This document shows positions 29,151 through 38,248 of a stretch of 64,000 nt of DNA, one piece after another. Each line of letters begins with the position of its first letter. Within the stretch, counting starts at the first letter, position 1. The notes under the pieces were generated by a model. The model searched no databases. It was not told the DNA's origin and saw nothing but the letters and a program-made list of their open reading frames with translations. Position numbers and translations under genes: made by a program. The DNA is from an uncultured Verrucomicrobiota bacterium (GTDB taxonomy: Bacteria > Verrucomicrobiota > Verrucomicrobiia > Limisphaerales > UBA9464): assembly GCA_903916195.1 (NCBI GenBank), contig CAIWVP010000162.1, positions 26,159 to 90,158 on the forward strand, read 5' to 3'.

Positions 29151-31244
29151 CTACCTCGAGACATGGAAGACGGCAAGATAGCCTTCCGCCACATCCGGGT
29201 CGTTCAGGCACACGGCACCCTCACGGATCTTCGCGACGGGTTCGCCTTCGAAGCGCAGCGGCGCGGAGGCACCCAACGACCGGGCGTAGTCGCCGAAGCC
29301 GCCGAAGCCGCGTTTCCGCACCTTGGCCAGGCTCTCGATGCAGAACCGTCCGCCGCTCCCCGGCGCGACATGGCGCATCAGCTCAAGGGTCAACCGTCCC
29401 ATCGTGTGCCGCGGATTGATCTCGACGACCGGCTTGAGCCGCAGACGACCGTCCGCGGAGCGCGCCACGAAGGCGTCGATCCCCAGCGGACCCTGGAATC
29501 CCACCTGCCGTAGTTCCGCCTCCAGCATCGGCAACAAGCCCGGGAAAAACCGCGGCAACCGCGCGGCCGCGTCCCGGTCACCGCGGAAAAAATCGGTCAC
29601 AGCGGACGGCAGACGCCGCGCGTGGTCCGGGGCCGCATCGTTGGCCTGGAACTGTCCGCGCAGGTCGTTCACCAGACCGGTATGGCCGACGATCCTCAAC
29701 GCGTCGTCGCCCATCTCGAGCTGGACCGAGAAATCCACCACGCGCTCCAGCCACGGCTCGATCACCAGTTGGCGGCCTTTCTCCAGGGTGTCCCTCATCC
29801 AGTGGACCTGCGCGTCGAGCAACGAAGGTTCCCAGAGCCGGACCGCGTTGCTGCCCGCCGATCCGAGCGCCTCTTTCACGACCACCCGGTGATGTCCCCG
29901 CGCGCGGATCACCGCGACGGCCGCGAGCGCCTGCGGCAACGAATCCACGGCCACGCCGATGTCGTCTTCCGCGATCAGCCACGGTGCGGACGACGACGCC
30001 AAGACCCGCCGCAGGAACGCCGCGCTCCAAGACTTGGAGTAGAGCTCGGCGATGCCGGCATCGAAACGTTCCGCCGCGGTCCGCTTCTCGCCGGTCACCT
30101 GGCCGAAGAGCGGCCCGAGCAGCTCGACGCTGTCGGGAGCCCACGCCCACGGGCGCAATCCACCGAGCTTGCGGTCTTTGAGCAAGGCGATGCCGGCAGC
30201 GGTACCCGCCGCGGTCCCGCCGATCTCGACGAATTCTGGCAAAGGAAAACCGGCCTGCTTCAATCCGGCGAGGAACGCGACCGACGGACGCCGCGGGACG
30301 AGCACCACATCGTCCTGCCGGCCGAGGAACTGCGGCAGGTTCGCCAGGTCCCGGGCCAACATCGCCTGCGCCGCGACCGGCATGAACGTCTTCCCGTGGG
30401 CGATCGACGCCTCCGCGAAAGGGTTGAACACGGAGACTTGGGGCGTGCGGCCTTTCGACGCCGAATAGACGTCCAACCGGGCGATGAACGTCGGGTCGAA
30501 CCCGGCGGCCCGGCGGCTCGCGACGTCGAACACGGAACCCTTCGCCCGCTGCGGCGACAGCGGGAACTTCAGCGCCCGGCAGAAGGCGTCCCAATCGTCC
30601 TCGCCCGGGTCCTTCCAGCGCCGGAACCATTTGAGACCGTGCGCGACATGGGCGATCTCATCGCGATGGATCTGCTCCAGCAACGCCGCCGTGGCGGTGT
30701 CGCCGACGGTGGCGAACCCGCGCGCGAAGTGCCCGGCGAAATCGAGGTTCGCCTGCTCGAAGGTCAGGCTGAGTCCGGCGACGAAATCCATCGGACAGGC
30801 CATCGGCGCGAGGCTCCGCCAGAAGTATCCGCTCACCGGCAGCTCGCCGAACGCGATGCCGCACTCCGCCATCCGCGCCAGATAGAGCCGGGTGTGCTCC
30901 TGCTCGTCGCGCAACGTCCGCAGCACGCCTTGGCGGAAGGCCGGCGGCGCGTCGGGAAAGCGCAGCAGCACCAAGGCCATCAGCTCCGTGGCGAGCAGCT
31001 CGTGGTTGGCGAAGAAATGCAGGAGCCGTCCGCGCTCCTCGGGGACCTCCAACCGGCGGGTCCCGGGGAACTCCGCCTTGCCCGCGCCCTGCGGCTTGAA
31101 ACGCAGCTCCGCCGGACGCCCCGGCAGGTCGGGCGAAGCGATCGCCGGACCGGGCCGTTCGTCGGTGACGACCGCCGGGCTCCGGAGCTTCTCCTCCAAG
31201 CTCGTGGCGAAGAGCACCTGTTCGGCGAATCCACGCAGTTCCAT
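29151..31244 (-). CDS. Fusion protein: N-terminal DUF455 ferritin-like di-iron domain + C-terminal ATP-grasp-like ligase domain
   Basis: ATG 31244 (MELRGFAEQVLFATSLEEKL) sits just downstream of an AT-rich patch. The DUF455 region is HFFANHELLATELMAL...DEQEHTRLY...HRDEIAHV. The ATP-grasp region is RVVVKEALGSAGSN, LVIEPWL and GIDAFV...VVEINPRHTMG. Confidence 0.7.
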   Translation of the reverse strand: MELRGFAEQVLFATSLEEKLRSPAVVTDERPGPAIASPDLPGRPAELRFKPQGAGKAEFPGTRRLEVPEERGRLLHFFANHELLATELMALVLLRFPDAPPAFRQGVLRTLRDEQEHTRLYLARMAECGIAFGELPVSGYFWRSLAPMACPMDFVAGLSLTFEQANLDFAGHFARGFATVGDTATAALLEQIHRDEIAHVAHGLKWFRRWKDPGEDDWDAFCRALKFPLSPQRAKGSVFDVASRRAAGFDPTFIARLDVYSASKGRTPQVSVFNPFAEASIAHGKTFMPVAAQAMLARDLANLPQFLGRQDDVVLVPRRPSVAFLAGLKQAGFPLPEFVEIGGTAAGTAAGIALLKDRKLGGLRPWAWAPDSVELLGPLFGQVTGEKRTAAERFDAGIAELYSKSWSAAFLRRVLASSSAPWLIAEDDIGVAVDSLPQALAAVAVIRARGHHRVVVKEALGSAGSNAVRLWEPSLLDAQVHWMRDTLEKGRQLVIEPWLERVVDFSVQLEMGDDALRIVGHTGLVNDLRGQFQANDAAPDHARRLPSAVTDFFRGDRDAAARLPRFFPGLLPMLEAELRQVGFQGPLGIDAFVARSADGRLRLKPVVEINPRHTMGRLTLELMRHVAPGSGGRFCIESLAKVRKRGFGGFGDYARSLGASAPLRFEGEPVAKIREGAVCLNDPDVAEGYLAVFHVSR

Positions 31245-31749
31245 CGGCGCCGCCCGACGTAGCAGGTGGGACGTCCGATAAAAAGTTTTTTGAAAAGATC
31301 CGGCGCCGCCGGAGCGGACCGATACCGATGAGAACCGGCCCGGCTTCCGCCCTCCGGCGCTCGACGGCGCCGTGCTCCGCCCTCCTCTCCGCGCCCGCCC
31401 TCGCGCCCATCGTTGGCCGACACGGCGACCGGCGTGTTCGCCGATCGCGACGCGACGCTGCTCTCGCTCGATGCCGCCCATCTCGACGATGCGATGATCG
31501 GCGCCCGCTTCGCCGGGACGCGCGTCACCCACGTCAGCCGCCCGTCGCCCCTCCCCTTTGATCACCGTCATCCGCGCACGTTCTTTCCGGTTCATCGTCA
31601 ACGTCTCCATGTCTTCGCAGGGTGCTTCCGCTACCCCGCCCGAAAAGGGACATTCTGATCGAGTCCCCACCGGGACATCCTCATGGAGTTCCGACACTGC
31701 AGAGCCGCTGCTTGCCTCCCGAGCGCCGACGACCGCAACCTGAGCGCCC

Positions 31750-32547
31750 GTGAACCGTATCGTCCAACGCTTTGCCGACCTCCGTGCCCGTGGCAGCAAG
31801 GGCCTCGTCATCTACATCGGGGCCGGCGACCCCGATCTCGAGGCCACCCGCCAGCTGGCGATCGCGTTCGACCGGGCCGGTGTGGACGTCCTTGAGCTGG
31901 GCGTGCCGTTCAGCGACCCGCTCGCCGACGGCATCGTGAACCAGCTCGCGGCCCAGCGCGGCCTCGAGAGCGGCACGACACCGCCGAAGGTCCTCGCCAC
32001 GGTCGGCGCCATCCGGCGCGAGTCGCAGATCCCGCTGGTCCTCTACATCTACCACAACCTGCTGCACCGCGTCGGCGTCGCGGAGTTCATCCGGCAAGCC
32101 GCCGCCGCGGGCGTGGACGGGCTGCTGGTCCTTGATCTTCCGCCCGAGGAATCCGACGACTACGAAGCGCTCATGGCCGAGGCCGGTCTGTGCCCGATCT
32201 ATCTCATCGCGCCGACGACCCCCGACGAGCGGATCTCTCTGATCGCCCCTCGCGCGCGAGGATTCATCTACTACGTCAGCCGCGAAGGCGTGACCGGGAT
32301 GCAGTCGAAGGTCAGCTCCAGCATCGGCGAGAAGACCGCCAAGATCCGCGCGCACAGCCCGCTGCCCATCGCCGTCGGTTTCGGGATCTCCGATGCCGCC
32401 CAGGCCCGCGAGGTCGCGCAGCACGCGGAGGCCATCGTCGTCGGCAGCGCCGTGGTCACGCGCATCGCCGCGCTCGGCCATTCACCGGATCTCGTGCCGC
32501 AGGTCAGCGCCTTCGTCCGCGGCCTCGTCGAGGCGGTGCGCGGGTAG
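31750..32547 (+). CDS. trpA: Tryptophan synthase alpha subunit
   Basis: 265 aa, GTG start. ELGVPFSDPLADG and GFGIS motifs. No trpB is adjacent. Confidence 0.9.
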   Translation: MNRIVQRFADLRARGSKGLVIYIGAGDPDLEATRQLAIAFDRAGVDVLELGVPFSDPLADGIVNQLAAQRGLESGTTPPKVLATVGAIRRESQIPLVLYIYHNLLHRVGVAEFIRQAAAAGVDGLLVLDLPPEESDDYEALMAEAGLCPIYLIAPTTPDERISLIAPRARGFIYYVSREGVTGMQSKVSSSIGEKTAKIRAHSPLPIAVGFGISDAAQAREVAQHAEAIVVGSAVVTRIAALGHSPDLVPQVSAFVRGLVEAVRG

Positions 32548-32767
32548 CCGCCGTGGCGGCGCGTCTTCCACAGAGGTCGCCGGCGCCGGCCTGACATCGC
32601 GGTCCGGGATACGGCAAAGCAGGTCCCTGCGCCAAGTCGGCCGAGCGGCCCCCCTTCGGAACCGGTGCCTCGACAAACGTCAACTTGACGCATCGAGAGA
32701 CGGGTCGCCAACCTGCTCGGGTCACTGGGTCGTTGCCGGGAACCCGATCCGATGCTGCGGGTCCGCC

Positions 32768-33871
32768 GTGCGACGTCCGGCCCGGGGACGACCAAGTTCC
32801 CGAACGATCTCTCGATCATGCGCACCCCACCGCCTCCTCCTGCTGTCGATGCTTCTCCTGCTGTCGGCCGCCATCGGCACGACCGCGAGAGCAGAGGTGG
32901 TGTTCGACAACACGACCTTCACCAGCGAGAAGCTCTTGGTCTATCACGGCCCGGCACGCTACGGCGACGAGATCGCCCTCGCCGGAACGGCTCGCGAAGT
33001 GACCTCCTTCACCTTCCAGTATTTCGGTGATTTCGCCGAAGGCGCGGAAGTCGAAGCGGTCGTCCGTTTCTTCGGCCTCGACGGGCCTCAATACTACTTC
33101 GATGAAAGCAAGGAGACCCCGATGCCGGGGACGATTCTTTGGGAAAGCGATCCCCTGACCATCGACAACGGAGCCCGCTTGGTGACGCTGCCGGTCCCTC
33201 ACGTCGTCGTACCGGACGTCTTCACCTGGGCCGTCGAGTTCCACGGCCCGCTCCGGAAAGGCGGAGGCCTCGTCACCACAGGACCTCCGACCATCGGCGC
33301 ACCGCTCGAGGACGACGACGGAAACATCCTGACCGACCGTGTCGGGAGCTACGACGATTTCTGGGTGCAGTATGACATCAAGGACCCCCGCTCTTGGGCG
33401 CTGCGGAGCCTCTTCTTGCGGTCCGCCGATTTCTACGCGCGGGTCGTCGCCGAACCGGGCCCTCTGACCGCCATTCCGCCATCGGTCGCGGACGGCGCGG
33501 TGAAGCTGGCTTGGAAAGGAGGCACGCCGCCGTTCCGCCTCCAGACCCGCGGGATCGCCGACATCGAATGGACCGACATCGGTGTCACCGTCCGGTCGTC
33601 CTACGCGGCGACGAACGGCGCGGACCATGGTTTCTTCCGTGTCATCGAGGTGCCTCGCGCCGCGGGCCCCTTCACCAATGCGCCGCCCGCGACCAAGGGC
33701 ACCCACCTGGTGCTCAACTGGGGCGGCGGCTACGGGCCGTTCCGCATCCAGACGAAGTCCTCGCTCGGCGCGCCGTGGGTCGACCTGACGACCACGACGA
33801 ACCTGGCTTTCGAGCTTCCGGCGCCGACGGCGGATCGTTTCTTCCGCGTGCTGGATGCGTTGCTGCCCTGA
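32768..33871 (+). CDS. Secreted hypothetical protein with two C-terminal W...F[FY]RV beta-modules
   Basis: Frame of track ORF 32393..33871. The signal-like LLLLSMLLLLSAAIGTTARA is reachable from GTG 32768 or ATG 32849, so the start is uncertain. Confidence 0.6.
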   Translation: MRRPARGRPSSRTISRSCAPHRLLLLSMLLLLSAAIGTTARAEVVFDNTTFTSEKLLVYHGPARYGDEIALAGTAREVTSFTFQYFGDFAEGAEVEAVVRFFGLDGPQYYFDESKETPMPGTILWESDPLTIDNGARLVTLPVPHVVVPDVFTWAVEFHGPLRKGGGLVTTGPPTIGAPLEDDDGNILTDRVGSYDDFWVQYDIKDPRSWALRSLFLRSADFYARVVAEPGPLTAIPPSVADGAVKLAWKGGTPPFRLQTRGIADIEWTDIGVTVRSSYAATNGADHGFFRVIEVPRAAGPFTNAPPATKGTHLVLNWGGGYGPFRIQTKSSLGAPWVDLTTTTNLAFELPAPTADRFFRVLDALLP

Positions 33872-33925
33872 ACGGTCCGGATGCGGTCGCCATCCGGTGC
33901 CTAATCCTCGATCCACCGCATCTTG

Positions 33926-35449
33926 ATGCAAGTTGCCCCCGCCGCATCTCCAGCTCCGGCCCGTCCGCCGTTGCGCCTCTTGGTCATCGAGGACTCGGCG
34001 CCCGACGCCTTCGCCTTGGCGACCCTGCTCCGCGCGGGCGGATGGCAAGTGGTCCATCGACGTGTCGCCAGCGCGGCCGACCTCGGCGCCGCTCTGTGCG
34101 ACGAACCCTGGGACCTCATCCTGAGCGACCACACGATGCCGGGCTTCAGCGCGCCGGAGGCGTTGCGGATCGTCCAGCAGACCGGCCTCGACGTCCCGTT
34201 CATCATCATCTCCGGCGGCATCGAGGAAGGCGTCGCCATCGAGACGATGAAGGCCGGCGCCCACGACTTCATCATGAAGGGCGCGCTCGGCCGGCTCGTC
34301 CCCGCCGTGCAGCGCGAACTGCGCGAATCGGCCGTCCGCCGCGCCCGCCGCGAGAGCGAGCTCCGCTACCGGTCCGTCTGGGAGAACTCGACCGACGCCG
34401 TCCTGCTCATCGACCTCGGCGGCGTCATCCGCTTCGCCAACCCCGCGGTGAAGCCGGTCTTCGGCTGGGATCCCGACGTCCTCGCCGGGCAGACGATGGA
34501 CGCGTTGCAACCGGCCGGCCTGCCGCCGGGCACCTGGTGGGCCATGGCCCGCGCGGTCGAAGGTCCGAAGGCGGATGAGACGGCCGGGCGCCGGCATGAC
34601 GGCCTCGCGGTCGAGGTGGACGTGGCGTTCACCGAGATGCGCATGGGCGAGCAGCTGTGGGTCGTCGCCTTCTTCCGCGACGTGACCGAGCGCCGCCGCG
34701 CCGAAGCCGAGCTGCGCCGGAGCCGTCAGGAGTTCGCCGCCGCGCGGGAGATCCAGCAGCGCCTCTTCCCCAAGGCCGCGCCGGAGCTGCCGGGCTTCGA
34801 GCTCGCCGGCGTCTCCCGGCCGGCCGATGCCGCCGGCGGCGACTACTTCGATTGGCTGCCGATGCCCGACGGCGCGCTTGGGATCGCCATCGCGGACGTG
34901 AGCGGCCATGGGATCGGGCCTTCGCTGCTCATGGCCGAGGCGCGCGCCTATCTGCGTCCGCTCGCGCGCCGGCACAGCGATCCCGCCGAGGTCCTGACGC
35001 GCGCGCAAGAGCTGCTCGCCGACGATCTCGGCGCCGAACGCTACATCACGGTGCTGCTCGCGCGGCTCGATCCGGTCCGGCGCACGTTGGTCCACGCGAG
35101 CGCCGGGCATCCGTCCGGCCACGTCCTGGCCGCCGACGGCTCGGTCAAAGCCGTGCTCCGTCGCACCGGCCGCCCGCTAGGACGCCAAGGCGGGACGCCT
35201 TTCGTCCCGGGCGGCGAGATCGCGCTGGCGTCCGGCGACACCTTGCTGCTGGTCACCGACGGCATCGATGAAGCCATGCGGTCCGACGGCGAATGCTTCG
35301 GCCTCGACCGGGCGCTCGATGTCCTCCGCGCGCACCGCCACCTCACCGCCGGCGAGATCCTCGAGCAGATCTGCAGCGCCGCCCGCGAGTTCACCCATCC
35401 TGAGCCGCAGGCCGACGACCTCACCGTGGTCGTGCTCAAAGTGCTCTGA
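33926..35449 (+). CDS. Response-regulator receiver + PAS + PP2C/SpoIIE-type serine phosphatase
   Basis: LLVIEDS...DLILSD..MPG receiver domain, ELRYRSVWENSTDAVLLID PAS domain, and AGGDYFDW...IADVSGHG...DDLTVVVLK SpoIIE motifs. Confidence 0.85.
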   Translation: MQVAPAASPAPARPPLRLLVIEDSAPDAFALATLLRAGGWQVVHRRVASAADLGAALCDEPWDLILSDHTMPGFSAPEALRIVQQTGLDVPFIIISGGIEEGVAIETMKAGAHDFIMKGALGRLVPAVQRELRESAVRRARRESELRYRSVWENSTDAVLLIDLGGVIRFANPAVKPVFGWDPDVLAGQTMDALQPAGLPPGTWWAMARAVEGPKADETAGRRHDGLAVEVDVAFTEMRMGEQLWVVAFFRDVTERRRAEAELRRSRQEFAAAREIQQRLFPKAAPELPGFELAGVSRPADAAGGDYFDWLPMPDGALGIAIADVSGHGIGPSLLMAEARAYLRPLARRHSDPAEVLTRAQELLADDLGAERYITVLLARLDPVRRTLVHASAGHPSGHVLAADGSVKAVLRRTGRPLGRQGGTPFVPGGEIALASGDTLLLVTDGIDEAMRSDGECFGLDRALDVLRAHRHLTAGEILEQICSAAREFTHPEPQADDLTVVVLKVL

Positions 35450-35474
35450 TCCACGGCGGCCGACCGCGACCGCT

Positions 35475-36833
35475 TCACGGCCGCAACACCTCGGGCAAGG
35501 TCTCCGAGAGGATGCCGCGGATGTCGCTGCGTTCTCCGGCCGTCAGGTAGGCGTAGCGAGGTTCTTTCGCCGGGTCGTCGAGGACGGCCCGCAACCGGGC
35601 GTCGATCCGGGAGGCGAGATGCCGGGGCAGATCCCGGAACGTGCGCGAATAGATGAGCGGGCTGCAACGCACCCGGAAGAGCCGCTGCTGCAAGTCCAGG
35701 TCCTTGAGCGACCGCCCGTCCTTCGTGCGGGGAGCCGATCGCTGATAGGCCTCCGCGAACCCGGGGCTTCCGGCGATGCCGCCTTCGGGCAACGCGGCCT
35801 CGTCCTTGAGGAGGAGATGGTCGAGGACGTCCTGCGCGCAGGAATCGAACACACGGCGCGCGCTGTCGTAGGTGGGGCCGTCGGTGACGGTCTCCTTCAG
35901 GTCGCGCTGTAGGTTCTGCTGATAACGGAGCATCCGCCGGCACTGGAACGCCGCCCGGGTGAGCGCGTTCTGCATCGCGCATTGGTGCTCGAACACCATG
36001 AGCGCGACGATGTCGCTGGTCTGGGCAGGATACCGGGAGCCGCCCGCGACCGCGGGCAGGTCCTTGCGGTTGCCGCCGTGGTCCAGGTCCACCGCGAGCC
36101 GTCCTTCCGCTTCGCGGCTGAACAGGTTCCCCCGGTGACGGGTCATGCCGTGCATGCCGGTCACGTACCAACCACCCCAGCGCTCGGCGACCGGTGTCGA
36201 ATCGTCCACGATCGTGGATCCTTGGCTGAAGATGGGCTGGCCGGTCCGGTCGGTGGGGATGGACCGCACGAAGACCGCCGGGATCTCGCGCACAAACGTC
36301 CCGCCGTGGCAGCGCAAGCAATCCTGGTCGCGTGTGAAGCGCGGATGGGTCTCGGGTTTCGCGCGCGGATCAAAGCTGTAGAAGACCGGCCCGAGCTGCG
36401 GATCGATGCTGGTCACCTCCATCAGCCCTCCCGGCACCCACCCGACATAGCAGTCGTCCGAGAAGTAGAGCGCCCGAGGGTTGCCCGGATGGATGATGCC
36501 CGCCTGGAAGCTCGTCTTGGAGAACACCAGCATCTGGCTCGACTCGGGGACGCCGAGCGTCCGCAGCAGTTCCCGCAGGATCGCGCGGTCGTCGCCGACC
36601 AACTGCACCTCGCCCGACGCCAGCCGTCGTTCCAACCGGGTGATGGCATCGTTCGGCGCGGTCGCCGAATACGAGACCGGCGGCTGCTCGAACGCCTCCT
36701 CGCTTTCGGCCCGCACCACCGGCACCAACATCGCCGACGCGACCGCCATGGAGGCAAGGATTCGATGGAGCGCTTTCACAGGTTCAAAGGAGGTGGACGT
36801 CCCGTTGGACGCGCGGATCTTGACGGGATTCAC
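35475..36833 (-). CDS. Secreted hypothetical protein with a single CxxCH (CLRCH) heme-binding motif
   Basis: 452 aa. Signal-like ...ILASMAVASAMLVPVVRA and balanced composition. I do not recognise a named family. Confidence 0.55.
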   Translation of the reverse strand: MNPVKIRASNGTSTSFEPVKALHRILASMAVASAMLVPVVRAESEEAFEQPPVSYSATAPNDAITRLERRLASGEVQLVGDDRAILRELLRTLGVPESSQMLVFSKTSFQAGIIHPGNPRALYFSDDCYVGWVPGGLMEVTSIDPQLGPVFYSFDPRAKPETHPRFTRDQDCLRCHGGTFVREIPAVFVRSIPTDRTGQPIFSQGSTIVDDSTPVAERWGGWYVTGMHGMTRHRGNLFSREAEGRLAVDLDHGGNRKDLPAVAGGSRYPAQTSDIVALMVFEHQCAMQNALTRAAFQCRRMLRYQQNLQRDLKETVTDGPTYDSARRVFDSCAQDVLDHLLLKDEAALPEGGIAGSPGFAEAYQRSAPRTKDGRSLKDLDLQQRLFRVRCSPLIYSRTFRDLPRHLASRIDARLRAVLDDPAKEPRYAYLTAGERSDIRGILSETLPEVLRP

Positions 36834-36869
36834 CGCGATCGCCTTGACCTGGGTCAGGTCTTCGCGGCC

Positions 36870-37229
36870 TCAACGCCGGTTCTTCAGGTCTTCCTCGTCC
36901 AGATGGAAGGTGTGCAGCACGCGGTGCACCACCGGGGTCAGCAGCGTGAGGATGAGCGAGAGGAAGATCAACCCGCTGAACAACGCGTAGGCGGAGGCGA
37001 ACAGCTTCGCCTGGGTCGTGGCCAACGTGCCGACCGGTCCCATGCCGGTGAGGATCATCGAGGCGTTGAGCAGGGAGTCCACCCAACCGAACCCGGCGAA
37101 GTGATGGTAGCCCGCCGTCCCGATGGCCAGCGCCGTCCCGGCGGTCGCCATGGCGATGGCGACCGTCGCGGCCATCCTGCGCAGGAAGCGGCCCCGGCTC
37201 GCCAACCTCTGGTGTCTTTTCTCGAGCAT
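36870..37229 (-). CDS. Small 2-TM membrane protein, K+-channel-pore-like (Ion_trans_2-like) with a degenerate filter
   Basis: 119 aa with two hydrophobic helices flanking WVDSLLNASMILTGMGP. Compare the channel consensus ...S..T.TTVGYGD. Confidence 0.4.
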   Translation of the reverse strand: MLEKRHQRLASRGRFLRRMAATVAIAMATAGTALAIGTAGYHHFAGFGWVDSLLNASMILTGMGPVGTLATTQAKLFASAYALFSGLIFLSLILTLLTPVVHRVLHTFHLDEEDLKNRR

Positions 37230-37332
37230 AGGAACGCCCGCAAGATCGGTCGCGCCGACGCCGTCGGCGAGCAGATTCCGGCCCGTCCGCCCCGCGTCGT
37301 GGCGATGGCGCCGCCCAGGCCCTGGAGGATCC

Positions 37333-38070
37333 TCAGGGAGCGACCGGGCCTGGGTCCGGTCGGTCGTCGGAAACCGTGTGCATGGCGCGCGCCTTGTCCC
37401 ATTCTTCCGTGAGCACCGGGCGGATCAACGCGGTGAAGGCGACGTAGGCGGCCGGATGGAAGTGGAGCTTGTCGTCGCGATAGAGGTCGGTCCGCGGACA
37501 GCCGTCGGCATCGACCAGCGCGCGGTTGATGTCGATGAACCGGTGGAGCGGCGTCTCGCCGCAGTAGGCGCGGGCGAGCCCGTTGTAGTGGTCGACGTGT
37601 TCCCATTGCTCGACGCGGTCCAACGAACGTGTGCTGGAGACGAAAAGCAGCCTCGTCGTCGGCAATGTCCGCCGGACCCGCTCCGAGAACGCCTTGAAAC
37701 CCAGGAACACGGCATCCGGTCCCCTGCCCTCCTTGATGTCGTTGCTGCCGCAATAATAGACGATGATCCTAGGAGCATGCGGCAGGACCACCGGATCGAA
37801 GCGCGCGAGTTGGTCGTCGGTTCGCGACCCGCCGAACGCCCGGTTGACCACGGGCAACGGGGCCATCATCCCGGTCACGTGGGTCCACTCACGGAAGATG
37901 CTGCTGCCGACGAAGAGGATCCCGCCCGGGACCGGCGGCTTCGCGTGGTCGGCCTGGATGAAGGCCTGGATCTCTGTCTCGAAACGCGGCCCGGAATCGG
38001 CCGCCGGTGCGCGGAGCAGGGCCGCCGAGAACACGATGACCAACAGGACGAGGCGGCGGAGTTGTTTCAT
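37333..38070 (-). CDS. Secreted SGNH/GDSL-family hydrolase (esterase)
   Basis: Signal peptide. Blocks FVGSSI, FGGSRT, CGSNDI and D..H (DKLHFH). Confidence 0.75.
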   Translation of the reverse strand: MKQLRRLVLLVIVFSAALLRAPAADSGPRFETEIQAFIQADHAKPPVPGGILFVGSSIFREWTHVTGMMAPLPVVNRAFGGSRTDDQLARFDPVVLPHAPRIIVYYCGSNDIKEGRGPDAVFLGFKAFSERVRRTLPTTRLLFVSSTRSLDRVEQWEHVDHYNGLARAYCGETPLHRFIDINRALVDADGCPRTDLYRDDKLHFHPAAYVAFTALIRPVLTEEWDKARAMHTVSDDRPDPGPVAP

Positions 38071-38248
38071 GGAAACGATCGCAGACCAGGATACCGGGCA
38101 AGGGCAAGGTCATGAGTCCATCCCACGATGGCGAGCGGCAACCTGGCCGCCATCGGAAGGATCCCGCGCCGACCGGTGCGTCGTCCTCGGCGAAACCCCG
38201 GCCGCGACGCGATCAACCTTCTCTCAGACGTCCGCGGCACGGGCCGCA

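Noticed and set aside
31245-31811. Upstream 189 codons of the 886-aa minus-strand ORF 29151..31811
   Set aside because: This extension would overlap the trpA start. It is Arg/Gly-rich and precedes an AT-rich promoter-like patch. The DUF455 homology begins at MELRGF (ATG 31244).
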